A stretch of 64,000 nucleotides of DNA, from NCBI GenBank assembly GCA_964016885.1, contig OZ024760.1, positions 28,024,001-28,088,000 on the forward strand, read 5' to 3'. Source of the stretch: Eledone cirrhosa (Eukaryota). A program made the position numbers and the translations under genes. The notes below the pieces were generated by a model. The model worked only from the letters and a program-made list of their open reading frames with translations, was not told the DNA's origin and did not search any database. Below, piece by piece: positions 15,496 through 28,752 of this stretch; the stretch's first letter is position 1, and each line of letters begins with the position of its first letter.

Positions 15496-17060
15496 ATGAT
15501 TGTGGATGTTAAAGGTACCAAAACAGTAACTGTTAAAACGACTGGTCGCCCCAAAAGATATTACACTGTAGTATTAACTGTAGTATTACACTGTAGTATT
15601 ACACTGTAGTATTACACTGTAGTATTACACTAGTATTACACTGTAGTATTACACTGTAGTATTACACTGTAGTATTACACTGTAGTATTAACTGTAGTAT
15701 TAACGGTAGTATTAACGGTAGTATTACACTGTAGTATTACACTGTAGTATTACACTGTAGTATTACACTGTAGTATTACACTGTAGTATTAACGGTAGTA
15801 TTAACGGTAGTATTAACGGTAGTATTACACTGTAGTATTACACTGTAGTATTACACTGTAGTATTAACGGTAGTATTACACTGTAGTATTACACTGTAGT
15901 ATTACACTGTAGTATTAACGGTAGTATTACACTGTAGTATTACACTGTAGTATTACACTGTAGTATTACACTGTAGTATTAACGGTAGTATTACACTGTA
16001 GTATTAACGGTAGTATTAACGGTAGTATTACACTGTAGTATTAACGGTAGTATTAACGGTAGTATTACACTGTAGTATTAACGGTAGTATTAACGGTAGT
16101 ATTACACTGTAGTATTAACGGTAGTATTACACTGTAGTATTACACTGTAGTATTAACGGTAGTATTAACGGTAGTATTACACTGTAGTATTAACGGTAGT
16201 ATTAACGGTAGTATTACACTGTAGTATTAACGGTAGTATTAACGGTAGTATTACACTGTAGTATTACACTGTAGTATTACACTGTAGTATTACACTGTAG
16301 TATTACACTGTAGTATTACACTGTAGTATTACACTGTAGTATTACACTGTAGTATTAACGGTAGTATTAACGGTAGTATTAACGGTAGTATTACACTGTA
16401 GTATTAACGGTAGTATTAACGGTAGTATTACACTGTAGTATTAACGGTAGTATTAACGGTAGTATTACACTGTAGTATTACACTGTAGTATTACACTGTA
16501 GTATTACACTGTAGTATTAACGGTAGTATTAACGGTAGTATTACACTGTAGTATTACACTGTAGTATTACACTGTAGTATTACACTGTAGTATTAACGGT
16601 AGTATTAACGGTAGTATTACACTGTAGTATTACACTGTAGTATTACACTGTAGTATTACACTGTAGTATTACACTGTAGTATTAACGGTAGTATTACACT
16701 GTAGTATTACACTGTAGTATTACACTGTAGTATTACACTGTAGTATTACACTGTAGTATTAACGGTAGTATTACACTGTAGTATTACACTGTAGTATTAC
16801 ACTGTAGTATTACACTGTAGTATTACACGGTAGTATTACACTGTAGTATTACACTGTAGTATTACACTGTAGTATTACACTGTAGTATTAGCTTGTGGCG
16901 CAGTTGACACGAAACTGCCGCCATTTCTAATATTTAAAATAAAAAGAACATTTCCAAAAGACACTTTTCCATCAGGAGTTCTTATTCATGTCCACTCCAA
17001 GAGGTGTATGCACGGAAATGGTGTAAAGTTATGGCTAGATAAAGTATGGTCATGGGGTCA
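15496..17060 (+). pseudogene. pogo/Tigger-type DDE transposase fragment split by a satellite
   Basis: MIVDVKGTKTVTVKTTGRPKRYYTVVL (15496-15576) joins ACGAVDTKLPPFLIFKIKRTFPKDTFPSGVLIHVHSKRCMHGNGVKLWLDKVW (16891-17049). This matches the pogo DDE_1 pattern TVVLAC.ADG.KLPP..IFK...KGWM...W...VW. Confidence 0.8.
15559..16890. repeat. Satellite of mixed 13-bp ATTACACTGTAGT and 12-bp ATTAACGGTAGT units
   Basis: Direct reading, roughly 100 units. Confidence 0.95.
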
Positions 17061-17089
17061 TGATGGTAGTGGTGTTGTGATGTGTAGTG

Positions 17090-19330
17090 GTAGCTGTGGT
17101 GGTAGCTATGGTGATAGTGGAGGTAGTTATGGTGCTAGTGGTGGTAGCTATAGTGCTGGTGGTGGTAGCTATGGTGACAGTGGTGGTAACTGTGGGGACA
17201 GTCGTGCTGATAGTTATGATAATAGTGGTGGTAGCTATGGTGATAGTAGTGGTAGCTATGGTGACATTAGTGGTAGCGATAGTGCTGGTAGTGGTAGCTA
17301 TGGTCACAGTAGTGGTAGCTATGGTGACTAGTGGTAGCTATAGTGACAGTAGTGGTATCTATGGTGATAGTGGTGGTAGCTATAGTGACAGTATTGGTAG
17401 CTATGGTGACAGTATTGGTAGCTATAGTGCTGGTGGTGGTAGCTATAGTGACAGTAGTGGTAGTAGCTATAGTGACAGTGGTGGTAGCTATGGTGATAGT
17501 GGTGGTAGCTATAGTGCTGGTGGTGGTAGCTATGGTGATAGTGGTGGTAGCTATAGTGCTGGTGGTGGTAGCTATGGTGATAGTGGTGGTAGCTATAGTG
17601 CTGGTGGTGGTAGCTATAATGACAGTAGTGGTAGCTATGGTGACAGTGGTGGTAGCTATGGTGATACGGGTGGTAGCTATAGTGCTGGTGGTGGTAGCTA
17701 TGGTGATAGTGGTGGTAGCTATAGTGACAGTAGTGGTAGCTATGGTGGTAGTGGTGGTAGCTATGGTGATAGTGGTGGTAGCTATAGTGCTGCTGGTGGT
17801 AGCTATAGTGACAGTAGTGGTAGCTATGGTGATAGTGGTGGTAGCTATGGTGACAGTAGTGGTAGCTATTGTGATAGTGGTGGTAGCTATAGTGACAGTA
17901 GTGGTAGCTATGGTGATAGTGGTGGTAGCTATGGTGATAGTGGTGGTAGCTATAGTGACAGTGGTGGTAGCTATGGTGATAGTGGTGGTAGCTATAGTGC
18001 TGCTGTTGGTAGCTATGGTGATAGTGGTGGTAGCTATAGTGCCGCTGTTGGTAGCTATGGTGATAGTGGTGGTAGCTATGGTGATAGTGGTGGTAGCTAT
18101 AGTGCTGCTGTTGGTAGCTATGGTGATAGTGGTGGTAGCTATAGTGTTGCTGTTGGTAGCTATAGTGCTGGTGGTGGTAGCTATGGGGATAGTGGTGGTA
18201 GCTATGGTGACAGTAGTGGTAGCTATGGTGATAGTGGTGGTAGCTATAGTGCTGCTGTTGGTAGCTATAGTGCTGCTGTTGGTAGCTATAGTGCTGGTGG
18301 TGGTAGCTATGGTGACAGTGATGGTAGCTATGGTGATAGTGGTGGTAGCTATGGTGACAGTAGTGGTAGCTATGGTGGTAGTGGTGGTAGCTATGGTGGT
18401 AGTGGTGGTAGCTATAGTGCTGGTAGTGGTAGCTATGGTGACATGGTGGTAGCTATGGTGATAGTGGTGGTAGCTATAGTGCTGCTGGTGGTAGCTATGG
18501 TGCTGGTGGTGGTAGCTATGGTGATAGTGGTGGTAGCTATGGTGCTGGTGGTGGTAGCTATGGTGCTGGTGGTGGTAGCTATGGTGATAGTGGTGGTAGC
18601 TATGGTGCTGGTGGTGGTAGCTATGGTGATAGTGGTGGTAGCTATGGTGATAGTGGTGGTAGCTATGGTGATAGTGGTGGTAGCTATGGTGATAGAGGTG
18701 GTAGCTATGGTGCTGGTGGTGGTAGCTATGGTGCTGGTGGTGGTAGCTATGGTGATAGTGGTGGTAGCTATGGTGCTGGTGGTGGTAGCTATGGTGATAG
18801 TGGTGGTAGCTATAGTGCTGCTGGTGGTAGCTATGGTGCTGGTGGTGGTAGCTATGGTGATAGTGGTGGTAGCTATGGTGCTGGTGGTGGTAGCTATGGT
18901 GATAGTGGTGGTAGCTATAGTGCTGCTGTTGGTAGCTATGGTGATAGTGGTGGTAGCTATGGTGATAGTGGTGGTAGCTATGGTGCTGGTGGTGGTAGCT
19001 ATGGTGATAGTGGTGGTAGCTATAGTGCTGCTGGTGGTAGCTATAGTGCTGCTGGTGGTAGCTATGGTGATAGTGGTGGTAGCTATAGTGCTGGTAGTGG
19101 TAGCTATGGTGACAGTGGTGGTAGCTATAGTGCTGGTGGTGGTAGCTATGGTGACAGTGGTGGTAGCTATAGTGCTGCTGGTGGTAGCTATGGTGCTGGT
19201 GGTGGTAGCTATGGTGATAGTGGTGGTAGCTATGGTGCTGGTGGTGGTAGCTATGGTGATAGTGGTGGTAGCTATAGTGCTGCTGGTGGTAGCTATAGTG
19301 CTGCTGGTGGTAGCTATGGTGCTGGTGGTG
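17090..19330. repeat. 21-bp minisatellite GGTGGTAGCTATGGTGATAGT and variants
   Basis: Direct reading. Frame-shifting indels occur near 17329 and 18443. Confidence 0.95.
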
Positions 19331-19522
19331 TGATGTAAAATCCTTTAAGGACCCAACAGTCAATACTGAACTAGAGAGTTATGTATAAATTACAGCACCA
19401 TAAGCTGTTTAAAAGCTCAACTGAAACCATAAGCCGTAGGTCTTATATATCCCGGCCCTCATTCCAGCATTAATTAAAAGATTTCCTCAGTTAATAGCAT
19501 TTACATATCTTTCACTTAAAGT

Positions 19523-19905
19523 GTTTTTTCTTCTTTTATTTCTTCTTTTTTTCTTTTTTTCTTTTTTCTTTTTTCTTTTTTCTTTTTTTTTCTTCTTTTT
19601 TTTCTTTTTTTTTCTTTGTTCTTTTTTCTTTTTTTTCTTTTTTTCTTCTTTTCTTTTTTCTTTTTTTTCTTTTCTTTTTTCTTTTCTTTTTTTTTCTTTT
19701 TTCTTTTTTTTCCATCGCATTCGTTCGTTTTCTTCGTTGCCTTCATCATCATTGACTTCCTCATCGCCGTCGTCGTCATCATCCCCTTGTCCCTTCATGG
19801 CATCGATTCTTCTTTTTCTTGTTTTTCTTCTTTCTTTTTCTTTTTATCCTTTTTTTTCTTTTTCCTTTTTTTTTCTCTTTTCTTTTTCTTTTTTTTTTCT
19901 TCTTT
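19523..19905. repeat. T/C-rich low-complexity tract
   Basis: Direct reading. Confidence 0.9.
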
Positions 19906-20171
19906 GCCTTCTTCTGCGTCTTATACAAACGTGCATTGGTTAATTATACTGCGTTTTATACGAACATGCGTTTGTTAATTATGCTGCGTCTTATACGAAC
20001 GTGCATTGGTTAATTATACTGCGTCTTATACGGAGATGCATTCTAAGTTAAATCCCCCCTCCCAAGAAGCCATCAAACATAAACAGGTATTCTACAATAA
20101 ATCCCATTTAAGACATCATCGAATAAAATCAATAAATGTTCATTATAAACTGGAAGGTTGGAAATCATGGA

Positions 20172-20728
20172 ACTTACCAGTAATACACACGGGGTTAGTC
20201 AATGGACTACAGTCACCATTACTCTATATTTGGCCAAGTCAAAATAAACCTACCTACCAGTAATACACACGAGGTTAGTCAATGGACTACAGTCGTCAAT
20301 ACTCTATATTTGGCCAAGTCAAAATAAACCTGCCTACCAGTAATACACACGAGGTTAGTCAATGGACTACAGTCGCCATTACTCTATATTTGGCCAAGTC
20401 AAAATAAACCTACCTACCAGTAATACACACGAGGTTAGTCAATGGACTACAGTCGTCAATACTCTATATTTGGCCAAGTCAAAATAAACCTGCCTACCAA
20501 TAATACACACGAGGTTAGTCAATGGACTACAGTCGCCATTACTCTATATTTGGCCAAGTCAAAATAAACCTACCTACCAGTAATACACACGAGGTTAGTC
20601 AATGGACTACAGTCGTCAATACTCTATATTTGGCCAAGTCAAAATAAACCTGCCTACCAGTAATACACACGAGGTTAGTCAATGGACTACAGTCGCCATT
20701 ACTCTATATTTGGCCAAGTCAAAATAAA
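20172..20728. repeat. 80-bp tandem repeat, 7 copies, alternating A/B variants
   Basis: ccagtaatacacac recurs every 80 bp from 20177 to 20657. Confidence 0.95.
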
Positions 20729-21290
20729 TCACCGTTAATTCCTATTTTAGGTCTCACCTTGGCAATACCTCTTTCTTTCATTTATTTATTCATTTATTCA
20801 TTTTCTTTATTTTCTTTCTTTATTTTCTTTCTTTTTTCTTTCTTTCATTCACTTATTCTCGTTCTTTCTTTTCAATTATTTATTCATTTATTCATTCTCG
20901 GTTTTTCTTTCTTTCCTTTCTTTCTTTCCTTTCTTTCTTTCCTTTCTTTCTTTCCTTTCTTTCTTTCCTTTCTTTCCTCCTTTCTTTCTTTCCTCCTTTC
21001 TTTCCTTCTTTCTTTCTTTCTCTCTTTCTTTCTTTCCTCCTTTCACTCCTTCTACATTCTCACCATTCATTCCTCCTTTTCTTTTCTTCTTCTAAAACAC
21101 GTACAGAAACACACACACACACACACATAAATAGGTGTATGTGTTTCTATACACACATACATATATACATACATATATACATACATGCATGTATACATAC
21201 GTACATACATACTTATATGTATATATATACATGTATACATACGTGCATACATACATACATGCATACATACTTATATATATATATATATAT

Positions 21291-21902
21291 ATGGTGGCTG
21301 CCAACTCGTTTTCGAGTACGGCCACTACTTTATATCCATGTAGGAGAACCCCTACCGATGCGCTGAACGAGTGTGACTTTTTAGTCCAGCCAGCGACTTG
21401 AAAACTCTGGTACAAACACTACACTTGTGACAATTACTGACACATAGTGCTGGGCCCATGGTACCATGTGACGACAAGTGCAGAGAGATCTCCAGATATA
21501 AAGCAATGCCTGTGCCGTGAAGCTTTTATAGTGAGCAAAGGCACTGCACAAAGCCAGTCCCACTCTCTTAACCAAGATGATATTTACCAAAAAGAAGAAC
21601 AAGTCAACATCATTGGATACCATCAGGGTTGCAGGTGTTATATCAGAGTTTTCCTTCTCCTAGAATTCTGCCTTGACAAAGGCTAAGGGGTCATCTCTCC
21701 CGGTGATTTTGGATGGCCATTGACTCTTAAGAGCTCCTTTGCCCTTTGACAGGTTTTGTTTTTAGTCCTGCAGGATGTCCAAAGTCACCCTCCTCACCAA
21801 GAAACCTTGGTGGGGTTGCCAGTTTAGTCGCCAACGACCCGACCATGGGACAGGTTGTACTGGGATACATGTTACCAGTAGCACCAACTGGTGACCTGAC
21901 AT
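21291..21902 (-). mobile_element. Bipartite RTE-derived element, copy 2
   Basis: Near-identical to 3146-3757 and embedded in (TA)n. Confidence 0.75.
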
Positions 21903-22418
21903 ATATATATACATACATGCATGTATACATACGTGCATACACACATATATATATACACACACGCACACACACACACATATATATATATATACATGCGCAC
22001 ACACACACGTATATATATATATATATACATGCATACACATATAGTTGTATACCCCCCCTCCTACATACCGCTCTATTATTTAGGACTTCCATTAGTGACA
22101 AACCAACAACAAATGAATTAATAAACCAATGAGAATAAAGGGGAAAAAAAACTGAATTATCTCCCCTTACAATCCCTCCCAACATTTAAACACAAAACGT
22201 GAAACCAATCAAAATGTCTCTTTGGGATTAGAAAATCGATAATCCAACATGGCGTATGACTTTCTCCACTTGTTCCGTCGATATCACAGCGCTAGCCTCG
22301 TTCTCATACACATTGTCATTTTTTTTTTTTTATCTGTCCGCCATTGTTGTCTGGTTGATTGAAACAAAAATCACTTCACCATTGTCAGTCAGTCATATCG
22401 GTCACACGTTGTGTATTG

Positions 22419-23325
22419 TGGGTTGGCAGCATAATCGGTAGAGTGTCGAACAACATGCTGATTTGTGGTGGAATAGAGCTACGTCCCTTTACGGTCTGTG
22501 TTTAAATCCCCGCCCGAAGTTAACTTTACCGTTCATCCTTACAAGGTCGATAAAATAAAGTACCAGTAATACACTGGGGTAATTGCTGGCCTTGTGCCAA
22601 AAGTAGAAACAATTATTAAAACCTAGAGGGAAGTGGGTTGGCATTAGGATCCGTAGAGCGTTGGACAACATGCTTTGTGACGGCATAGAGTTACGTCCCT
22701 TTACGTTTTGTGTTGTGTTCAAATTCCGGCCGGAGGGTAGCTTTGGCTTTCATCCTTACGGCGGGGGGGGGGGTCGATAAAATAAAGTACCAGTAATGTA
22801 CTGGAGTCGATTTAATCGACTTTGCCCTCCTCGGCTCCACCCCACCAAAAAATTGTTGGCCTTGTTCCTAAATCAGAAACTATAATATGGATTGGCTGAA
22901 TCAGTAGAGCGCCGGACACAATACTGTACATCTTCGTATTTAGTTATTTACAACTGTTTGGGTTCTCTGTCAGGAGTCGCGACCGGTTGCTAGTATGAGC
23001 AATGGAAACATTGTTTCCTCGGTCCGATGACGAGCTACCCCCTACCCCATACACTAGGTTAAGCGAACGATATCTGGCGTCCTGTCGTTCGATCCCTTCG
23101 TTTTTGCTTTACAAATACCTTGCGTTATTTGTTATACGGTGGATTGGCGGCATCGGTAGAGGGTCGGACGCCATGCTTTCCAGCATAGTTACGTCCCTTT
23201 ACGATCTGAGTTCAAATCCCGCCGAGGTTGACTTTGCCTTTCATCCTTACGGGGTCGATAAAATAAAGTACCAGTAATGCACTGGGATAATTGCTGGCCT
23301 TGTGCCTAAAGTAGAAACAGTTATT
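22419..23325 (+). mobile_element. Cluster of tRNA-headed SINEs (about 22419-22617, 22634-22882, 23138-23325)
   Basis: Shared ggttggca..cggtagag head, gagttcaaatcccgccgagg B-box-like motif and gataaaataaagtaccag tail. Confidence 0.8.
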
Positions 23326-24043
23326 TGTTATACTTTTTTTTAAATTTTGAGTTCAAATCCTGCCGATAGGCTTCCATACTTTTCTGTCTGTGTCTGTGTC
23401 TGTCTGTCTGACTGTGTCTCTGTGTCTCTGTCTGTCTGTCTGACTGTGTCTCTGTGTCTCTGTCTGTCTGTCTGACTGTGTCTCTGTGTCTCTGTCGCTC
23501 TGTCTGTCTGTCTCTGTCTGTCTCTCTGTCTCTCCCTTTCTCTCTTCTTTCACTCGTTCTTTCTTTCTTTTTTTCTTTGTTTCTTTCTTTCCATCATTTT
23601 TTCTGCTTGGTGGCGATGTTGATGGTGGTGTTGTGATGTTGTTGTTGTTGGTGGTGGTGGTGTCGGTGGCATTGGTGGTGGTGGTGGTGGTGTTGCTAGT
23701 GGTATTGGTGTCAGTGGTGGTGGTTGTGTCAGACAAAATGAAATAAACACATCTCTAGCCACATCAGAAACTACTACGCCATTTTGGCTTCTGATCATCA
23801 TGGCGGAATTAAGAGGACACCTCACACCTCTATCCACTCCCCAACAACAACAACAACAACAACAGGAAAATAACAGAAAGAAAAATATCAATAATTATTC
23901 AAGCTATTATAAAAGAAATCGATATAATTTGTGTTTAATCAGCAGAGAAAGCTTTCATGAGTTAGTAACGAACAAATATAATGGGTAAATATTTTAGTTT
24001 TTAACAGAAGAAATAATACGATTGTCACGTTATATGAAGGATG

Positions 24044-24610
24044 GTGGATTCGTAGTAATCGGTGGAGTGTCGGACAACATGCTTTGTGGCATAGTTAAGG
24101 CCCATTACGATCTGAGTTCACATCCTGTCGAGGTTAGTTTTGCCTTTCATCCTTATTCGTCTTTCGCTAAACTCCGCCAGTTGCAGACTGCGCATCAACA
24201 TGAGATATTTTTCTCCACAAAGTTCGATCACCAACAGCAGAGTTTATCAAACCGTCATTTTGGCTGCCAGCCCTGCTTCTCTTACCAGCCAACCTTCCTT
24301 CCAGGAATATATAATACCTTTCGATCACCAGCAGCAGAGTTTAAAGAGCAAAGATCAAGTGGAGTCCATAAGTTGACATTATCAAGCCATCGTTTTGGCT
24401 GCCAGCCCCTGCTTCTCTTACCAGCCAACCTTCCTTCCAGGAATATATAATACCTTTCGATCACCAACAGCAGAGTTTAAAGAGTAAAGATCAAGTCCAG
24501 TCCATAAGTTGACCAAGTCCTGTCAAGACCAGTCCATATGCTTTTTAGCATAGAGTTACGTCTCTTTACGGTCTGAGTTCAAATCCCGCCGAGGTTAGCT
24601 TTGCCTTTGG
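24044..24610. mobile_element. SINE pieces interrupted by an RTE LINE 3' fragment (24155-24530, -) with an internal tandem duplication
   Basis: Minus strand reads IFLEGRLAGKRSRGWQPKRWLDNVNLWTPLDLCSLNSAAGDR, the RTE ORF C-terminal pattern (G.RSRGRP..RW.D....DR). A ~138-bp segment is repeated. Confidence 0.7.
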
Positions 24611-24911
24611 GTGGAACAAACGCGAAATGAGGAACCGCCGTCTGACATTAAATGAAAGAACGAGAAACGTCAACGCGAGATCAACGCGAGACTAGGATAA
24701 ATCCTTATTTCTTGTCTACTGTTTAAACTTAAACGATTATTAATGAAAATGACTTTCTTGTGTATAATTCAAATCTTGTTGTGTTGGTGTGATAAGAAGG
24801 AACGACAGCTTGACATGCAACTGAACCTTCTAGGTTTCAGTGGCAATTAGAGAAATTATTATTTACTATCCAGAAGCCATTTTCCTCGCTGCTGATGTGT
24901 TGTGTTGTGAT

Positions 24912-24916
<5 letters not shown>

Positions 24917-24982
<66 letters not shown>

Positions 24983-25268
24983 TTTCTCTCTCTCTCTCCT
25001 TTTCTCTTTTTCTCTCGCTCTCTCTCCGTCTCTCGCGCTTTCTCCATCTTTCTCTCTCTTCACCTTTCTCTCTCTCTTCACCTTTCTCTCTCTCCACCTT
25101 TCTCTCTCTCTCCATCTTTCTCTCGCTTCACCTTTCTCTCTCTCCACCTTTCTCTCTCTCCACCTTTCTCTCTCTCTCCACCTTTCTCTCTCTCTCCATC
25201 TTTCTCTCTCTCTCCATCTTTCTCTCTCTCTCCATCTTTTTCTCTATCTCTATCTCTCCCTCTCTCTT
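24917..25268. repeat. (CT)n and CT-rich 18-bp repeat
   Basis: Direct reading. Confidence 0.9.
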
Positions 25269-25372
25269 TGTGGAACAGATGACACCATTAATTAAATTCT
25301 AAAATCTTTTGGTTACCTCTTAACCTCCTGTAATGATTCAGCAGAAAATATCTAACACACACACATATATAT

Positions 25373-25430
<58 letters not shown>

Positions 25431-25518
25431 AACGAGTAGGACCCCGACGGCTGAGACCCTAAGTATTGAGTACTTTGGTGCGTTAAGGTCCACCTGGTTC
25501 CTTACCACATTTCCTTCG

Positions 25519-25562
<44 letters not shown>

Positions 25563-25569
<7 letters not shown>

Positions 25570-25780
25570 ATAGAGAGGAAAAACACAGGAGAGTGTGTTT
25601 TCATTTACTCTTAGCTTATATTCTTTTCACACTGGTGGTTTAAAATCCTGTAATGAAAACACACTCTCCTGTGTTTTTCCTCTCTGTATTGTATTTTAAA
25701 ATGCCCAGGAAAACTCTTTCCTTTGAGTTCATTGAATTACAGGATTATACTCGAGTCCTTTACTCCATTACTTTACTTGA
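25563..25780. mobile_element. Fold-back element in (TA)n
   Basis: ~45-bp inverted arms (25563-25608 and 25650-25694) plus an unpaired tail. Confidence 0.55.
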
Positions 25781-26379
25781 TATATATATATATATATATA
25801 TATCCTGATTTTTCTCAACCTGATTAGTTCTATCGTTCCTTTGGTATATATTGTGTGTTAGTTTCGCCTACCACAATGTTCGATTTGTCAAGCTATTTAA
25901 ACGTATGTTATAACTCTGAGACCTATCTTATCGAGTGCTTTGCTAACTCATCATTTCATATAAGTAGGTCGAATTTACTTGCAAACCGCCAGAGATTCGA
26001 TTTTACTGATTTCCAATTATATATATATATAAGCAAGATGTATGGTAGGTCGTATGTGAATCGCGATGATCACGCCTGACCTACTAAATATGCGACGGGA
26101 GCTAGTTAAGTTCTATGCGTATAAGCAGAGCAGAAATATTAATGAAAAAGAACAAAGGAACTATTATGACATTATAACAAGTTTATTGCCGACAGCCGTT
26201 TCGTCCGACCATATGGTGGGACTTTTCAAGGCATATAACAGGTGATTGTACTAATATAAAAGAGCCCCCTTAGAATAAAGACCCCAAATATACAAGCGGA
26301 ACTGCTGATGTATACCACAATTTCAAACTGCTAATCTTGAGTGAAACGTTGATGTAAATAATGAACTTACAATCACCTG

Positions 26380-26444
<65 letters not shown>

Positions 26445-26445
<1 letters not shown>

Positions 26446-26835
26446 GAGGGTAATCCCAAAAGTAAGGTCTCTAAAGCGATGGGGACGCAGAGAAACTGTT
26501 CGTACGGCTGTTGTCAACACTGTTGTGATTGGTACTTCCTTCACTCCCAAACAAGCATGCGCGCTCTTCGCTGGGATGCTCAATCTTGGCTTGGCAGCCG
26601 TTGAGAATGGAGCCCCCGTTGAACGCTACCGCCAAGTGCGAATTTCGCGCAGTTATTATATAGAGGGCACTCCCAAAAGTAAGGTCTCCTTCCGAGGGAA
26701 ATATGCGTAGAGATCGGCGGATCACTCTGGATGCTCTCTATTTTGGTTCCTGAGGTTTCCCGAAGCACCATCCACAGGATTTTAACGGAAAAGTTGCAAT
26801 ATCGGAAGGAGACCTTACTTTTGGGATTGCCCTCG
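26445..26835 (+). mobile_element. mariner-derived MITE with three TIR copies
   Basis: TA|cgagggtaatcccaaaagtaaggtct ... agaccttacttttgggattgccctcg|TA, with an internal TIR at ~26662-26689. Transposase N-terminal remnants MEPPLNATAKCEFRAVII and DRRITLD..RSTIHRILTEKLQYRK. Confidence 0.85.
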
Positions 26836-26839
26836 TATG

Positions 26840-26887
<48 letters not shown>

Positions 26888-26937
26888 AACCACAGTAAGT
26901 AAGGTACTCATTACAAAGAAGAGTATACATATTTAAT

Positions 26938-27060
26938 ATAGAAATGGCTTCTACAGAACCAGAACTGTTTCATTCGAAGGAAATCATCAGGAAAGCCCTG
27001 ATCCCAGGCTTTCCTGATGATCATTCCTTCGAATAAAACAGTTCTAGTCCTGTAGAAGCT
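26938..27060. ncRNA. Inverted pair of hammerheads (family of 14753-14805)
   Basis: The minus copy (26946-26997) is intact: CTGATGA..GAAA cagttctggttctg TA gaagcc. The plus copy (27007-27059) has GAAA changed to AAAA. Confidence 0.65.
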
Positions 27061-27653
27061 CTCTCTCTCTGTATATATATATACATATATGAGCGTGTTA
27101 CTCCAAATGTTTATAGTATCTCTACTGTATGTATGTATGCCCATTGCACCTATATCTGAATCTCCCTGAGAACTAAGTTGAGGAATAAACATATTTGTGG
27201 AATGCTCAGACACTTGTACATTAATTTAACAAGCTTGTTGATGAATTATGAAATATTCCTCGTCGTAACAGACGGATATCCATCACCAATAACAAAAACA
27301 AACAAAAACAAAACAACAGTTTATGGTTTGTGTCGTTGAATAAGATATTTCATTTTACGTTGCTCCAGTCTACTTGCCATTCAGATGGCCTGCCTTATCA
27401 CTCACAGTGTTACACTGAATCTTCCTGAGAACTACGTTAAGAAGTAGGGATATATACGAAATGCTCAGGCACTTGTATGTTAATTAGGTCGTCGTAATAG
27501 ACGAATGTTTCTGAAAATTTACTAGATTAGATTACCGAGTTTGATACAGCAAATAATATAAGGTAAAAACCTGTAGCCCTCGATGACGAACGTTTTTCCC
27601 GTCTTTAGGGGTCTTCTTCCTATTTTATAAGCTTTTATTTTATAGAATCTAGT

Positions 27654-27850
27654 GAAGGCGTATGACTGGGTGGCGAGATTAGAGAATTAGATTCGCAACT
27701 GTGAGGTTGTGAGTTCGATTCCCGGACCAGGCGATGTGTTATCTCCTTGAGCACGACACTTTATTTCCCGTTGCTCCTTCTACCTGGAGTTGCCACCGAT
27801 AGATAGTATTAGCAATTGGAAAGACCAACGGAAACATTGTTTCTTCGGTC
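27654..27850 (+). mobile_element. tRNA-headed SINE
   Basis: gaaggcgt.. head, gtgagttcgattcccgg B-box, and the cttgagca.gacactttattt core also seen reversed at 55340-55444. Confidence 0.75.
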
Positions 27851-28253
27851 CGGTTTTACGAGTTCCACCACACACTCGTTAACCGAATGAGGTGTGGGAT
27901 CTTGTAGATCACCTGACTTTGTTTATAGAATCTCTGCGCATGAGCACACCGCTGTTTATATAATTTATTTATTTTTTTTGTTTTCATTTTATTAGATTTT
28001 TCTCTGCGAAGATATAAAAGATATGTCTGGAATGCTGGTTGTTCTGAAAGTCTGGCAATTTAGCCGCCATTCTTAAAGACTGGTCTGTGATTTCTTTCAA
28101 CTTTGGCAACAGATAGATAAAAGAAATATCTGGAATGAGACCAAGGCTTGACTTTATTTTAATTTCTATTACATGTACTGTGTGTATATATATATACATG
28201 TGGGTGTATATATATATATATATATACTCACATGTATGTATGTATACATGTAC

Positions 28254-28299
<46 letters not shown>

Positions 28300-28489
28300 T
28301 CACATGTATACATACATACGTGTACGTGTGCATATATATATACATATACATACACACATATATACGTGTATGTAGGTATATATATATATATATATATATG
28401 TACGTTAAAAAATAAAGTGAATAATTTACATACAGACTGATAAAATAGACAAACACCTTGTTTTAATCTAATCTCTCTCTTTCAATCTT

Positions 28490-28521
<32 letters not shown>

Positions 28522-28621
28522 TGTATGTATGTATGTATGTATGTATGTATATCTATATGTATGTATATGTATGTATTTATCTATATATATATGTATATAT
28601 GTATGTATGTATATATCTATG

Positions 28622-28652
<31 letters not shown>

Positions 28653-28752
28653 GTATGTATATATGTATGTATATATGTATATATATGTATATATGTATAT
28701 ATATGTATATATATATATATATGTATGTATATATATGTATATATACATACAT

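Noticed and set aside
17008-19363. Gly-Ser-Tyr (GGSYGDS)n ORF resembling a structural or cuticle protein
   Set aside because: It is a 21-bp minisatellite open in several frames, with frameshifts near 17329 and 18443. There is no signal peptide, and the start lies in a transposase remnant.
15559-20728. CRISPR-like appearance of the regular repeats
   Set aside because: There are no unique spacers and no cas genes, and the context is eukaryotic.
26185-26235. Further hammerhead-like motifs (26185-26235, 13508-13540, 27585-27620)
   Set aside because: The cores are too degenerate (e.g. UUGAAAA, CAGAAGA) to call. They are probably decayed members of the same class.
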